Part shown: in pieces, positions 10,073-21,377 of the stretch | Layout: each line of letters starts with the position of its first letter | Position numbering within the stretch: the first letter of the stretch is position 1 | Assembly (NCBI GenBank): GCA_963789955.1 | Contig: CAWBMV010000020.1 | Span: 64,001 to 128,000, forward strand | DNA length: 64,000 bases | DNA from: an uncultured Candidatus Rokubacteria bacterium | GTDB taxonomy: Bacteria > Methylomirabilota > Methylomirabilia > Rokubacteriales > CSP1-6 | Reading direction: 5' to 3' | Notes under the pieces: model-generated | Seen by the model: only the letters and a program-made list of their open reading frames with translations | Told to the model about the DNA's origin: nothing | Databases searched by the model: none | Position numbers and translations under genes: made by a program

Positions 10073-11657
10073 CTAGAGCTTGACGAGCTTGGCGAGAACG
10101 ATATCGGGCATCGCGCGAATTTCGTCGAGCGCAGCCGGCGGCATCGGATCGTCGAGGTTCAACACCGACACCGCGCGCCCCCCGCGACGTTCGCGCCCGA
10201 GCTGCATCCCGGCGATGTTGATCCCGTGGCGCCCGCACAAGGTCCCGATGCGGCCGATGACACCGGGCACGTCGAGGTTGGCGAACACGAGCATCCAGCC
10301 GTGCGGCACGGCTTCCAGGGAGAAGCCGTCGACCTGGACGAAGCGAGGCTCGCGCTTGAAGAAGACGGCGCCGGCGACCGACGTCGAACCACGATCGGTG
10401 TGGAGCTCGGCGGTCACGAGGCTCGCGTAGTCCGAGCTCTCCGTCGTCGAGGTCTCGGTGACCCTGAGGCCGCGCGCCTTGGCGATCAGCATCGCGTTCA
10501 CGTCGGTCACGTGCTCGGACAGGATCGTACCGAGCAGACCTCGCACGAGCGCAAGCGTCAGGGTGGCCGTCGTCCGTCCCACGATCTCGCCCGCGTACGT
10601 GAGCCGCACCTCCTGCATCCGGCCCTCGGCCATCTGCGCGAGGAAACGGCCCATCTTCTCGACGAGCCCGAGATAGGGCGCCTGCTCCCGATGCGTCTCG
10701 GCGTCGACCGCCGGCAGGTTGACCGCGTTGACCACGACGCCGTGAAGGAGCGCGTCGGCGACCTGGTCGGCGATGGCGAGCGCGACCGCCGTCTGCGCCT
10801 CGTCGGTGGCCGCGCCCAGATGTGGCGTCACGATCACCTGCTCGAGCTTCAGAAGTGGATGATCGGCCGGCGGCGGCTCTTGCTCGAACACGTCCAGCGC
10901 CGCGCCCGCGATCTTGCCCGACTGGATCGCGCGGGCGAGCGCCTGCTCGTCGATCAAGCCGCCGCGCGCGCAGTTGATGATGCGCGCCCCCGGCTTGAGC
11001 CGCTCGAGCTCCGCGGCGCCGAGCAAGTGGCGCGTATCGCCGGTGAGCGGCGTGTGGATCGTCACGAAGTCGGCGCGCGCGAGCAGATCGTCGAGCTCGA
11101 CGCTTTCCACGCCCAGTCGCTCGGCGGCCTCGCGCGTCAGATACGGATCGTAGGCGATGACCTGCATCCGGAACCCGAGCGCGCGCCGCGCGACCTCGGA
11201 GCCGATCCGGCCGAGGCCGACGATACCCAGGATCTTGCCGAGCAGCTCGACGCCCTGCAGGCGGTTCTTCTCCCAGCGGCCGGCCTTGAGGGTCGACGTC
11301 GGCGGCCGGCAGGCGGCGGGCGAGCGCCAGCAGGAGACCGAGCGTGTGCTCGGCGACGGCGGTGGTGTTCCCGCCCGGCGTGTTCATCACGATGATGCCG
11401 CGTTTGGTCGCGGCGTCGACGTCGATCGTGTCGACACCCGCTCCGGCCCGGCCGATCACTTCGAGACGCTGGCCCGCCTCGATGGCGGCGCGAGTGACCT
11501 TGGTGGCGCTGCGGACGATCAGCCCTTCGTACTCGCCGATGCGCTCGACCAGCTCGCGCTCGCCGAGCGAGCCGGCCACGTCGACGTCGAGCCCGTGCTT
11601 GCGGAGCGCGTCGACGCCGACGGCCTGGAGCCCGTCGGCGACCAGAACCCGCTTCAC
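10073..11657 (-). CDS. serA: D-3-phosphoglycerate dehydrogenase with ASB/ACT domains (frameshift ~11300)
   Basis: IVRSATKV, GRAGAGVD, NCARGGLIDE, AALDVFEQEP, TPHLGAAT, ACT domain DVPGVIG. Confidence 0.92.
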
Positions 11658-12797
11658 GACTTTTCGGCGAAGATCTTCTGGGCGGCGCGGACGCTCGACC
11701 CGAAGTCTACCGGCTGGCCGATCTCGGCGAGCACCTGCTCGAGTCGCCGCGAGCGCGTTGATGACGTCGAACTCGGCGCAGTAGCCCATGTGGCCCAGGC
11801 GGAAGAGCTTGCCCTTCATCTCTCCCTGCCCGCCGGCGATCGTGATGTTGTGGCTGCGCGAGTACGTCGCGGCGATCTTCTCGCTATCCACGCCTTTCGG
11901 CGCGGCGACCGCGGTCACCGCCGGGCTCGGCGTGGCCTTGGCGAAGAGCTCGAGCCCGAGCGCCTCGACACCGGCGCGCGTGGCGCGGGCGAGTCGATCG
12001 TGACGCTTGAACACGTTGGCCAGCCCTTCGGCCTCGAGCAACCCCAGCGCTTCCCGCAGTCCGACGACGATCGACACCGCCGGCGTGAAGCGCACCTCGT
12101 TCTTCGCCACGTACTTCAGCTCGTCCGGGAGATTGAAGTAGAACTTCGGCAAGGTCGAGCTCTTGGTCTTCCGCCAGGCCTTCTCGTTGAGCGCGCAGAA
12201 CCCGAGGCCGGGAGGCAGCATCAGCCCCTTCTGCGAACCGGACACCACGACATCGATGTCCCAGGCGTCCATCGGCAGATCGGCGATGCCGAGACTCGAG
12301 ACCGCGTCGACGACCAGGATCGCGTCGTGCTGCCTCGTGACGGCGGCGTAGGCTCGGACGTCGTGCAGCACGCCGGTCGAGGTCTCGCTGTGCTGGACGA
12401 GCACGGCCTTCACGTCGGGGTGGCTCTTGAGCGCCTCGGCGATGCGGCCCGCGTCGACGGTTTGCCCGAACGGAGCGCTCAGGTCGACCACGTTGAGGCC
12501 GTACGCCTTGGCGAGATCGAGCCAGCGGTCGCCGAACTTCCCGGCGCGGACCACCACGACGCGATCACCCGCGGACAGCGTGTTGACGACGGCGGCTTCC
12601 ATCGCACCCGTGCCCGAACAGGCGAGCGGAATGACCTCGGCGCTCGTCTGGAAGAGCTTCTTCAGCGCGGCGCGCACTTCGACGAAGAGCGCGTCGTACT
12701 CAGGGGTGCGGTGGTGGATGATCGGCTTGGCCATCGCGAGCAGAACCTCGCTCGGAACTGGCGTCGGCCCCGGCGCCATCAACTGATACTTCTTCAT
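11654..12797 (-). CDS. Class V PLP aminotransferase (serine-pyruvate/alanine-glyoxylate type; possible phosphoserine aminotransferase), frameshift near the 3' end
   Basis: MAPGPTPVP, SGTGAME, HSETSTG, DAVSS, GSQKGLMLPPG, RLGHMG. Confidence 0.9.
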
Positions 12798-14337
12798 GCA
12801 GACGGCCTCCTTCGAGTGGTCAGGTTCGATTCGATGGTAACACGGCCTCCCACACCCGATCGGCCCAGCGCGGTCACGAAGATCGCGTCTTTGCGCGCGG
12901 CGTGCGGCGAGAAGAACTCGACCACGTGACCGTCGTAGAACGTGAGCCCGGACGCGCCGAATCCCTGGGCGTAGGCCGCGAGATAGGCGCGGCCGCCCGC
13001 CAGCCCCGCCTCGAGATTCGCGAGGCGATAGCCTCGATCGCCGAACGTGCGCGTGAGCTCGTCGAGCCGCGCGAGCCAGTAGATGGTGGCCGCCGCGTCG
13101 CCGCCGAGCGGCTGCTCGAGACAGAGGTACGCCGACCGGTTTCGGAACTCGCCGGTCGCCAGGGTCTCCAGCGCGTGTGCGTCCGGCCGGTAGAAGTAGG
13201 CGCCCGACGGCACGCCCTCGACGGCGTTGACGATGAGATAAAGATCCACGAGTCCGCTGGGGACATCGGCATCGAACGGTCGCGCCGCCGCCCAGAGCGC
13301 GGTCGCCAAGCTCCTCCGCGGTGAGCGACGCGTGGCCGAACTCACGGGTCGAGCCGCGGCGCTGAATCGTCTCGCCGAGCCCGCGCCCGGCCCGAGCGCG
13401 CGGCGGCGGCAGCTGAACCAGCTTGGCGCCCACCGGCGGCATCGGCACCGTGCGCGACCACTCGCGCCCACGCCAGGTGCTCACGGCAGAGGCAGTGCCG
13501 AGTCCGGAGGCGGCGTGCATCTCACGAATCAGCGGATAGTCGACCTCGGACGACGACAACGGCAACGTCGCGTGATCGATCGAGTCGAGCACGCGCGCCA
13601 GCCGGCGCGGCCGCGGCCTCGGGACCGAGCACGATCAGCTCGAGCGCGACCTCACGCGTCGTATCGAGCCCGAGCAGGCGATCGACCTCGACGTCCACGA
13701 AGCCCGTCAGCACTCTCGGCGCGAGCCCGAGAGCCCCGCCGACCGCCAGCACGTTGGCGAGCATGGTGCCCGAGTCCCAGAACAGATGACGGTAGGCGCG
13801 CGCCTGATATTTCCAGGCGTTCCGCCAGTAGATCGCGGTGAGCAAGACCGTCGCCGAACGGCGGGCGATCGAGTCGTCGGCCGCGGCGGCGGAAAGCGCC
13901 GCGCGAACGTCCCCCTCGCGCAGGCGGCGCAAGGTGAAGTCGCCCGGACAGAAGTGATAGAGGCCGGGCTCGAGCCCGACGACCTCGCCGACCGCGACGT
14001 ACACCTCGGTCTGATAGAGCGCGCCCGTCGAGGCCGCGGCGCGGAAGAGGACCTCGCCGCCACCCGGATACGTCTTCTTCCTCGTCACGCCCGCGGCGTA
14101 GTAGAGAAGCGCCGCGAGCTGGCTCAGGCCAAGCGACGCGGCCGCCGGCGCCGGGTCGGCGAGCGCGGCGAGCGTGTCGGCCCCGACCGGCTCGATCTCG
14201 CGCGGCAGCGGAATCGCCGGCAGGTCCGTGTAGACCTTGAACGGGAACGGCTTGATGTCCCACTCGAGCGTGTGACCGCTCGTGCGAACCGACGCGGGCG
14301 AGTGGGTGGTCCGGTCGTGATATTCGCGAGCGGTCAA
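12794..14337 (-). CDS. SagB/ThcOx-family tandem nitroreductase-like dehydrogenase (frameshifted)
   Basis: FRAAASTGALY, WKYQARAYRHLFWDSG; second domain RRGSTREF, GDRGYRLANLEAG, GASGLTFYD. Confidence 0.82.
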
Positions 14338-15353
14338 AAGCGGTACGGCGGACGCACGACGCCGCGCTCGGTGATGATGGCCGCAATCAGACGAGCCGGT
14401 GTGACGTCGAAGGCCGGATTGAACACCGGTGAGGCGCTCGGCGCGGTCTGCTGCGCGCCGACCCGGCGGACTTCCGCCGCGTCGCGCTCCTCGATCGGGA
14501 TCTCGGCGCCCGAGGCGAGCGAGGGATCGATCGTCGAGTACGGCGCCGCGATGTAGAACGGCACATGGTGATGGGCGGCGAGCACCGCCAGCGAGTAGGT
14601 GCCGATCTTGTTGGCGGTGTCGCCGTTGGCGGCGATGCGATCGGCGCCGGTCACGATCAGGTCGACCTCGCCGCGCGCCATCACCGACGCCGCCACCACG
14701 TCGGCGATCAGCCGATGCGGAATGCCTTCGCGCACGCACTCCCACGCCGTCAGCCGCGAGCCTTGCATCACCGGTCGCGTCTCGTCGACCCACACGAGCG
14801 CCACCTTCCCCTGCTCGTGCGCGGCGCGCACGACGCCCAGCGCGGTGCCGTACCCGGCCGTCGCCAGAGCCCCGGCGTTGCAGTGGGTGAGGATGCGCGC
14901 GTTCGGCGGCACCAGCGAGGCGCCGTGGGCGCCCATGGCGCGATTCGCGGAGATGTCCTCGTCGCGGATCGCCTGGGCTTCCGCGAGCAGGCGCGCCCGC
15001 AGCTGATCGAGCGGGAGCGCGCCCGACGCGACCGCGACTCGGCGCATCCGGTCGAGCGCCCAGAACAGGTTCACGGCGGTCGGCCGCGTCGCCGCGAGCC
15101 CCTTGATCGCCGTCTCGAGGTCGGCCATCAGACCGTCGAACGTCGTCGCGCGGCTCTCACGGGCCGCCAGCACCACGCCGAACGCGGCGGCGACGCCGAT
15201 CGCGGGAGCGCCGCGCACCACGAGCGCGCGAATCGCCGCGCCCACGTCCTGCCAGCTCTGGTAGCCGCGCTCGACCTCGCGCTCGGGGAGCACGGTCTGG
15301 TCGACCAGGATCAGTCGGTCGGTGTCCCAGCGGACAGGCGCGATGACGGTCAT
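14334..15353 (-). CDS. mtnA: S-methyl-5-thioribose-1-phosphate isomerase
   Basis: VRGAPAIG, RPTAVNL, THCNAGALAT, ETRP, ANKIGT, NPAFDVTP. Confidence 0.95.
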   Translation of the reverse strand: MTVIAPVRWDTDRLILVDQTVLPEREVERGYQSWQDVGAAIRALVVRGAPAIGVAAAFGVVLAARESRATTFDGLMADLETAIKGLAATRPTAVNLFWALDRMRRVAVASGALPLDQLRARLLAEAQAIRDEDISANRAMGAHGASLVPPNARILTHCNAGALATAGYGTALGVVRAAHEQGKVALVWVDETRPVMQGSRLTAWECVREGIPHRLIADVVAASVMARGEVDLIVTGADRIAANGDTANKIGTYSLAVLAAHHHVPFYIAAPYSTIDPSLASGAEIPIEERDAAEVRRVGAQQTAPSASPVFNPAFDVTPARLIAAIITERGVVRPPYRF

Positions 15354-15637
15354 GACGCTCTCGTGAGGATCGTGTCCAGGCGGCGCTGAATCTCGGCGTG
15401 ACGCCAAGCCGGCGATCTCGACGATCTTGCTTCTCCCGTGAAGGCCGCTCACCACACTGACGGAGGAGGGCGGGACGCCCGAGCGCGCTGGCCAGGAGGC
15501 GGGCCACCGCGGTGTTCGCGGCGCCGGCGACGGGCGCCGCCGTGACGCGAAGGCGGAGCGTCGCGTCCTGCCAGCCGACGATCTCGTCGCGCGACGCCCG
15601 CGGTTGGACGCGGAGCGACAGCCGCGCCGCCTCAGCT
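15350..15637 (-). CDS. DUF167/YggU family protein (frameshifted, start uncertain)
   Basis: Manual translation LRVQPRASRDEIVG...LRLRVTAAPVAGAAN...VSG..GRSKIVEI. Confidence 0.75.
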
Positions 15638-16105
15638 CTTGCCTTCGTCCTTGTCCTCGCCGAACTCGGCCGACATCATGCGGTAGTAGCTCTCGAGCGT
15701 CGCGCGAAAGTCCTCGATCAGCTGGCGGCGGACGCGTCGCAGGGTCTGGATCTCGCTCCGGATCCGCGCCTCCTCGGCCCGCCCTTCCTCGATGATCTTC
15801 TCGCTGCGCAGCTCGGCCTCGCGCATCAGCAGCTCCGCCTCGCGGCGCGAGGTGGCCTTCATCTCGTCACCGAGCCGGTGGGTCGTCACGAGCGTGTCCT
15901 GCAGCGCCCGCTCGCGCTCGGCGAGGCCGCGCGCCCGGTCCTCGAAGGTGGAGACCTGCTCCTTCAGCTGCGCGTTTTCCTTGAGCACCGTTTCGTAGTC
16001 CTCGGCGACGTCGTCGAGGAAGGCATCGACCTCGTGGACGTCGAATCCACGAAACCACTTCACGCTGAACTGTTGCTGACGGATATCGAGCGGACTGATA
16101 CGCAT
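15632..16105 (-). CDS. divIVA: DivIVA domain protein
   Basis: ISPLDIRQQQF...RGFDVHEVDAFL followed by a coiled coil. Confidence 0.9.
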   Translation of the reverse strand: MRISPLDIRQQQFSVKWFRGFDVHEVDAFLDDVAEDYETVLKENAQLKEQVSTFEDRARGLAERERALQDTLVTTHRLGDEMKATSRREAELLMREAELRSEKIIEEGRAEEARIRSEIQTLRRVRRQLIEDFRATLESYYRMMSAEFGEDKDEGKS

Positions 16106-16121
16106 GAGGCCTCCGGCGTCC

Positions 16122-16424
16122 CTAGCCCATCTCGGTAGCGATTCTGTACAGCACCGGGACCAGGAATTCCTTCAAGAAATACAGGACCAGAATGACGATC
16201 ATCGGTGAAAAGTCGAGCCCCATCTGGGAGATCGGCAACCGCTCGCGCACGGGCCGCAGCACCGGCTCGGTCACCCGATACAGGAATCGCACGACCGGGT
16301 TGTAGGGGTCCGGACTCACCCACGAGATGATCGACCGCGCGATGATGATCCAGATGTAGGCCACGATCACGAGGTTCACGAGATTCGCCAGCGCCATGAC
16401 GAAGTAGTTGATGATGAACATCAC
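16122..16424 (-). CDS. yggT: YggT family membrane protein
   Basis: SWVSPDPYNPVVRFLYRVTEP...LDFSPMI. Confidence 0.9.
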   Translation of the reverse strand: MMFIINYFVMALANLVNLVIVAYIWIIIARSIISWVSPDPYNPVVRFLYRVTEPVLRPVRERLPISQMGLDFSPMIVILVLYFLKEFLVPVLYRIATEMG

Positions 16425-17245
16425 TTCGGCCCCTGGCCGAGCTCACGCGAGCGCACGGTCGCCCGCTCGACGGCCTTGATGAAGGTCGTGCGGATGCCGC
16501 CTTCCTCGAGCGCGGCGACACCGGCGATCGAGGTGCCGCCCGGCGAGCTGACCATGTCCTTGAGCGCGCCCGGATGCATGCCGGTCTCCAGCAAGAGCTT
16601 GGCGGCGCCCAGCACGGTCTGGGTGGCCAGGGTCATCGCGGTGATCCGATCGAGCCCCATCCGCACGCCCCCGTCGGCCAGCGATTCGATCACGACGGCC
16701 ACGTACGCGGGCCCGGAGCCCGACAGTCCCGTCACCGCGTCCATCAGGGCTTCGTCGAGCACGACCACGCGGCCGACCGCGCTGAAGATCTCGCCCGCGG
16801 TGTCGAGGTCGTCGGGCTCGAGACCGTCCGCCTTCGCGATGGCCGTCACGCCCTCGAGCACGAGGGCCGGCGTGTTCGGCATCACGCGGATGAGGCGCGC
16901 GTCCTTGTGCAGCACGGTGCGGATCTTGGCGGTGGAGACGCCCGCGGCGACCGAGATCAGGAGCTTGCGCCGCGTGACGGCCGGCGCGATCTCCTTCAAG
17001 ACCGCGTCCATGATCTGCGGCTTCACCGCCAGGATGACGATGTCGGAGTGGCGGACGACGGCGGCGTTGTCGGAGGAGACCTGGATCCCGTACAGCCGGT
17101 CGAGCTCCTTGAGCCGCTCGAGGCGCACGTCGGTCGCGTGGATCGCGCTCGCCGGGACGAGGCTCGCTCCGAGGAGGCCCTTGATCAGCGCCTCGCCCAT
17201 GTTGCCGCCGCCGATGAACCCGACGGTGAGGCCCTTGATCGTCAT
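16421..17245 (-). CDS. proC: Pyrroline-5-carboxylate reductase
   Basis: GFIGGGNMG, LAVKPQ, RVMPNTP, TGLSGSGPAY, VSSPGGTS. Confidence 0.96.
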   Translation of the reverse strand: MTIKGLTVGFIGGGNMGEALIKGLLGASLVPASAIHATDVRLERLKELDRLYGIQVSSDNAAVVRHSDIVILAVKPQIMDAVLKEIAPAVTRRKLLISVAAGVSTAKIRTVLHKDARLIRVMPNTPALVLEGVTAIAKADGLEPDDLDTAGEIFSAVGRVVVLDEALMDAVTGLSGSGPAYVAVVIESLADGGVRMGLDRITAMTLATQTVLGAAKLLLETGMHPGALKDMVSSPGGTSIAGVAALEEGGIRTTFIKAVERATVRSRELGQGPK

Positions 17246-17937
17246 CGCTCCTCCGCCCCGGGCTCTGGCCGCGGCGCGCGCGGGCCGAAGATCGCCGTGC
17301 CGACCCGGACCATCGTCGCGCCTTCCTCGATCGCCACCTCGAAATCGCCGCTCATCCCCATCGAAAGCTCGCTGAAGCTGTAGCGCTCCCCGAGCTTTCG
17401 CAGCGCGCGGAACCACACGCGCGAGTCGTCGGGATCCTTCGCCTCGGGCGGGATCGCCATGAGTCCCCGCACCTTCAGGGACGGCATGGCCGCGACCGCG
17501 TCGAGGAGCTCGCCGAGCCCGTCGGGCGCCACGCCGCCCTTGGACGCCTCGGCGGCGACGTTGACCTCGACCAGCACGTCGACGGTCCGGCCGCGGGCGC
17601 GCGCCCGCTTGTCGAGCTCCTTCGCCAGGTCCAGGCGGTCGAGCGAGTGGATGACGTCGAACAGCTCGAGCGCGTCGCGCACCTTGTTCGTCTGCAGGTG
17701 GCCGATCAGATGCCACGGCACCGGACGTCCGAGCTCGCTCACCTTGTCGCGCGCCTCCTGCACCCGGTTCTCGCCGAGCGCGGCCACCCCGGCGTCGATC
17801 GCCTGCCGGATCCGCGCCACCTCCACGGTCTTCGAGACACCGATCAGCAGCACGTCCGAGGCGCGCCGGCCCGCGCGCTCCGCGGCCCGGGCGACCCGTT
17901 CACGTACCCGATCGAGATTGGCGCGAATATCGGTCAT
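17242..17937 (-). CDS. yggS: PLP homeostasis protein YggS
   Basis: VSKT, GENRVQE, HLIGHLQTNK, SMGMSGD, VRVGTAIFG. Confidence 0.95.
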   Translation of the reverse strand: MTDIRANLDRVRERVARAAERAGRRASDVLLIGVSKTVEVARIRQAIDAGVAALGENRVQEARDKVSELGRPVPWHLIGHLQTNKVRDALELFDVIHSLDRLDLAKELDKRARARGRTVDVLVEVNVAAEASKGGVAPDGLGELLDAVAAMPSLKVRGLMAIPPEAKDPDDSRVWFRALRKLGERYSFSELSMGMSGDFEVAIEEGATMVRVGTAIFGPRAPRPEPGAEER

Positions 17938-18009
17938 GGCAGGGTGATTCTAACAGGGGGCGGTCTGGCGGGGGAGGGCAAGGGCCGGGCCGCACCCCGA
18001 GCCCCGGCC

Positions 18010-18760
18010 TCAGGGCAGCGCGGCGAGCGTGACCAGGCGGCCGCGGTTCCCCCGCCGGTACGAGTACAGAAGCTCCGGATGGCACGCGGTGCAGAGCCTC
18101 GGGTTCTCGATCGCCGACGGCGCCACGCCCGCTTCGACCAGTAGCGCCTCGTTGGCCGACCAGAGATCGAGCATCACGTGGCCGGCGCGTGACGGCGTAG
18201 CCCACGCGCGCCAGCGCTCGCCGAACGCGCGCGCAAATTCCGCCGTGACCGGCTCGTCGACCTCATAGCAGCACGGTCCGATCGACGGCGCGATCGCGAC
18301 CCGCAACGAGCCGACTTGGCCGCCGACCTCACCGATCGCCCGCACCGCCCTCTGAGTCGCACCCTTCACCGTGCCGCGCCAGCCGACGTGCGCGACCGCC
18401 AGCGCGCGCGCCAAGGGATCGCAGAGCACGATCGCGAGGCAATCGGCGGTGAAGATCGCGAGCGGCACGCGGCGTTCCGCGGTGACGAGAATGTCCACCA
18501 ACCCCGCGAATCCCCCAGCCGGCCGGGACCCGCGCCACGTCCGCCCCGTGCACCTGCCGCGCATAGCCGACCCGGCTCAGCTCGAGCCCAGTAGCTCCGA
18601 GGATCTCGACAGCCTCAGCCCGAAACGGCGGCTTCGGAGCCTCGGGAACGATCGGCTCCGCAAACGAAGTGATCCCCGGACAATGGCGAGTCGTCGTCGC
18701 ATGCGGCACGTCGAGCTCGGTGAGCGAAGCGAACGTGAAGATACTCGGCCGGCCGACCAT
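18010..18760 (-). CDS. pgeF: Peptidoglycan editing factor/purine nucleoside phosphorylase PgeF (YfiH), frameshift ~18520
   Basis: RQVHG, TADC, HVGWRG, PSIGPCCYEV, CT...YSYRR. Confidence 0.88.
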
Positions 18761-18803
18761 GGGAAACGAGCTGTGCAGTCACGAGCGTCAAGTATGAACC
18801 GAC

Positions 18804-18862
18804 GGGTCGCCGGCCGGGGGACGGGGTTGGGAGGGGGAGTTTGGTCCCCCTCCCGGTGACCC
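18804..18862. repeat. G/C-run hairpin immediately downstream of ftsZ
   Basis: GGGAGGGGGA (18829-38) pairs with TCCCCCTCCC (18845-54); outer GGGTCGCCGG/CCGGTGACCC. Confidence 0.6.
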
Positions 18863-20037
18863 TAGTCGGCTTGACGGCGCAGGAACGCGGGGACTTCGAG
18901 ATCCGCGCCGTCGCCCATGGCCTCTTCGGCTTCGCCCCGCGGATCGGCGAACTTCCGCCGCCACGGCGCCACCGGCGCGGGCGCCGACGACGGAACCGAG
19001 CGCGACGGCCGCGGCAGATCGACGACCTTGCCGCCGAGTCCCACCGTTTCCTTCTTGTCGGCGAAGCCCGTCGCGATCACCGTCATGCGCACCTCGTCCG
19101 AGAGCTGCGGATCGATGACGGCGCCGAAGATGATGTGCGCCTCTTCGTGCGCGGCTTCCTGGACGATGCGCGCCGCTTCCTCGACCTCGTGAATCGACAG
19201 ATCGGCGCCGCCGGTGAAGTTGATCAAGATGCCGCGCGCGCCCTCGATCGAGGTCTCGTCGAGCAGCGGACTGGCCACGGCTTTCTGCGCGGCGTCCAGC
19301 GCGCGATTCTCGCCCTTGCCGGTGCCGGTGCCCATCATCGCGAGCCCCATGCCGGACATGATCGTGCGGACGTCGGCGAAGTCGAGATTCACGAGCCCGG
19401 GCACCAGGATCAGGTCCGAGATGCCCTGCACCGCCTGCTGGAGCACCGAGTCGGCGACGCGAAACGCGGCGATCAGCGGCGTGCCGCGATCGACCACCGA
19501 GAGCAGCCGCTGATTCGGGATCGTGATCAGCGTGTCGACGACGCCGCGCAGCGCCTCGAGGCCGGCCTCGGCCTGGAGCATGCGCTTGCGGCCCTCGAAC
19601 GTGAACGGCTTGGTCACGACGGCGACCGTCAGGATGCCGAGATCCTTCGCGAGCGACGCGACGACCGGCGCCGCGCCGGTGCCGGTACCGCCGCCCAGGC
19701 CCGCGGTGATGAAGACCATGTCGCAGCCGGCGAGCAGTCGCGTGATCTGATCGGGATCTTCCTGGGCCGCGCCGCGCCCGACGTCCGGGTTCGAGCCGGC
19801 GCCGAGGCCTTGGGTGAGCTTGGCGCCCAGCTGGATCTTGACCGGCGCCGGGGAGGCAGCGAGGGCCTGGAGGTCCGTGTTGGCCACGATGAACTCGACC
19901 CCCGTGAACTGCGCGGCCATCATGCGGCTCACCGCATTGCCGCCGCCCCCGCCGAGCCCGATGACTTTGATCTTCGCGGCCTGTGTCGTTTGCGGTTCGA
20001 GCTCGAAGAGCGGGCGCCGCGCGCGATCCTTCTCCAT
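18862..20037 (-). CDS. ftsZ: Cell division protein FtsZ
   Basis: GGGGGNAV, tubulin signature [17 protein letters not shown]-terminal [12 protein letters not shown]. Confidence 0.98.
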   Translation of the reverse strand: MEKDRARRPLFELEPQTTQAAKIKVIGLGGGGGNAVSRMMAAQFTGVEFIVANTDLQALAASPAPVKIQLGAKLTQGLGAGSNPDVGRGAAQEDPDQITRLLAGCDMVFITAGLGGGTGTGAAPVVASLAKDLGILTVAVVTKPFTFEGRKRMLQAEAGLEALRGVVDTLITIPNQRLLSVVDRGTPLIAAFRVADSVLQQAVQGISDLILVPGLVNLDFADVRTIMSGMGLAMMGTGTGKGENRALDAAQKAVASPLLDETSIEGARGILINFTGGADLSIHEVEEAARIVQEAAHEEAHIIFGAVIDPQLSDEVRMTVIATGFADKKETVGLGGKVVDLPRPSRSVPSSAPAPVAPWRRKFADPRGEAEEAMGDGADLEVPAFLRRQAD

Positions 20038-20138
20038 CCCATCCTCCTGTGAGTGATCGCCGGAGGGTACGCCTCCGGCCGCGTGAACGGTTCATGTCCG
20101 GCGTGAACAAGTGCGGCTGACGCCCGTCTCGACCCGAC

Positions 20139-21377
20139 TTAGAAGAGGTCACCGAGGAATCCAGTCACGAGCCGTGCGAACCGGCCCACGGGTCCCGGAA
20201 CTCCGGCGGACTCGCCGGACCCGCGTGTCCGCGCGCCGTAGAGCGCCAGGCCGACTCCGGTGGCGTAGATCGGGCTCTCGATCACGTCCGCCATGCCGCC
20301 GATGCCGATCGGCACGCCGCGGCGCACGGGTTGATCGAAAATACCCTCGGCGAGCTCGGGAACTCCCTCCATGATCGACGTGCCTCCCGTGACGACGACG
20401 CCCGCCGTCGCCGCGTCCTGGAATCCGGCGCGGGCGAGCTCGCGCGCCACCAATGTGAAGAGCTCCTCGACGCGCGGCTGGATGATCTCCGAGAGGAGCT
20501 GCCTCGAGAGCTGTCGCGGCTTGCGGCCGCCGACCGACGGAACGTCGACGGTCTCCTCGGCCGGCACCAGTGCCGTCAGCGCGCAGCCGTAGCGCTTCTT
20601 GATGTCCTCGGCGTCCGCGGTCGGCGTGCGCAGCCCGATCGCGATGTCGTTGGTGATGTGGTCGCCGCCGAGCGGCAAGACGACCGTGTGCCACACGGCG
20701 CCGTCGCGCAGCAGCGCGACGTCGGTCGTCCCGCCGCCGATGTCGATCACGAGGACTCCGAGCTCCTTCTCGTCGTCGAACAGGACGGCCTCCGCGGAGG
20801 CGAGGGGCTCGAGCACGATGTCCTGCACGGCCAGGCCGGCGCGATTCACCGAGCGCACCACGTTCTGGACCGACGTGACCGTCCCCGTCACGATGTGCAC
20901 CTCGACCTCGAGGCGCACGCCCGACATGCCGATCGGCTCACGGACGCCGTCGCCGTCGTCGACGGTGAAGCTCTGCGGGAGCACGTGGATGATCTCGCGG
21001 TCCTGCGGGAGATTGATGGCCCGCGCCGCCTCGATCACGCGCTCGACGTCGGCGTCGCCGACCTCGTGGTTCTTGCCGGTGATGCCGACGACGCCGCGGC
21101 TGTTCACGCCGCGGATGTGGCCGCCGCCGATGCCCGCGAACGCGCCCGCGACCTCGACGTGCGCCATCAGCTCGGCCTCGGCGATCGCGGCCTTGATGGC
21201 CTCGACCGTCGAGTCGATGTTGACGACGATCCCGCGCCGGAGCCCGCGCGACGGCGCGGTCCCGACGCCGAGCACATTCAGGACACCGCGCGGTCCGGGC
21301 TCGGTGATGATCGCGCACACCTTCGTGGTGCCGACGTCGAGGCCGACCACCAGGTCCGGCGCCTTCGAGCGCTTCAT
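20139..21377 (-). CDS. ftsA: Cell division protein FtsA
   Basis: VGLDVGTTKV, PIGMSGVRLEV, DIGGGTTD, VTGG. Confidence 0.96.
   Translation of the reverse strand: MKRSKAPDLVVGLDVGTTKVCAIITEPGPRGVLNVLGVGTAPSRGLRRGIVVNIDSTVEAIKAAIAEAELMAHVEVAGAFAGIGGGHIRGVNSRGVVGITGKNHEVGDADVERVIEAARAINLPQDREIIHVLPQSFTVDDGDGVREPIGMSGVRLEVEVHIVTGTVTSVQNVVRSVNRAGLAVQDIVLEPLASAEAVLFDDEKELGVLVIDIGGGTTDVALLRDGAVWHTVVLPLGGDHITNDIAIGLRTPTADAEDIKKRYGCALTALVPAEETVDVPSVGGRKPRQLSRQLLSEIIQPRVEELFTLVARELARAGFQDAATAGVVVTGGTSIMEGVPELAEGIFDQPVRRGVPIGIGGMADVIESPIYATGVGLALYGARTRGSGESAGVPGPVGRFARLVTGFLGDLF

Noticed and set aside
9396..13592. 1398-aa ORF as a giant fusion protein
   Set aside because: It is a chimera of SagB-like, aminotransferase, serA and redoxin segments joined by indels and stop-poor high-GC frames; each gene has its own start.
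12794..14337. SagB/ThcOx dehydrogenase as an azole RiPP cluster
   Set aside because: No YcaO, E1-like protein or precursor nearby; it sits in a housekeeping operon.
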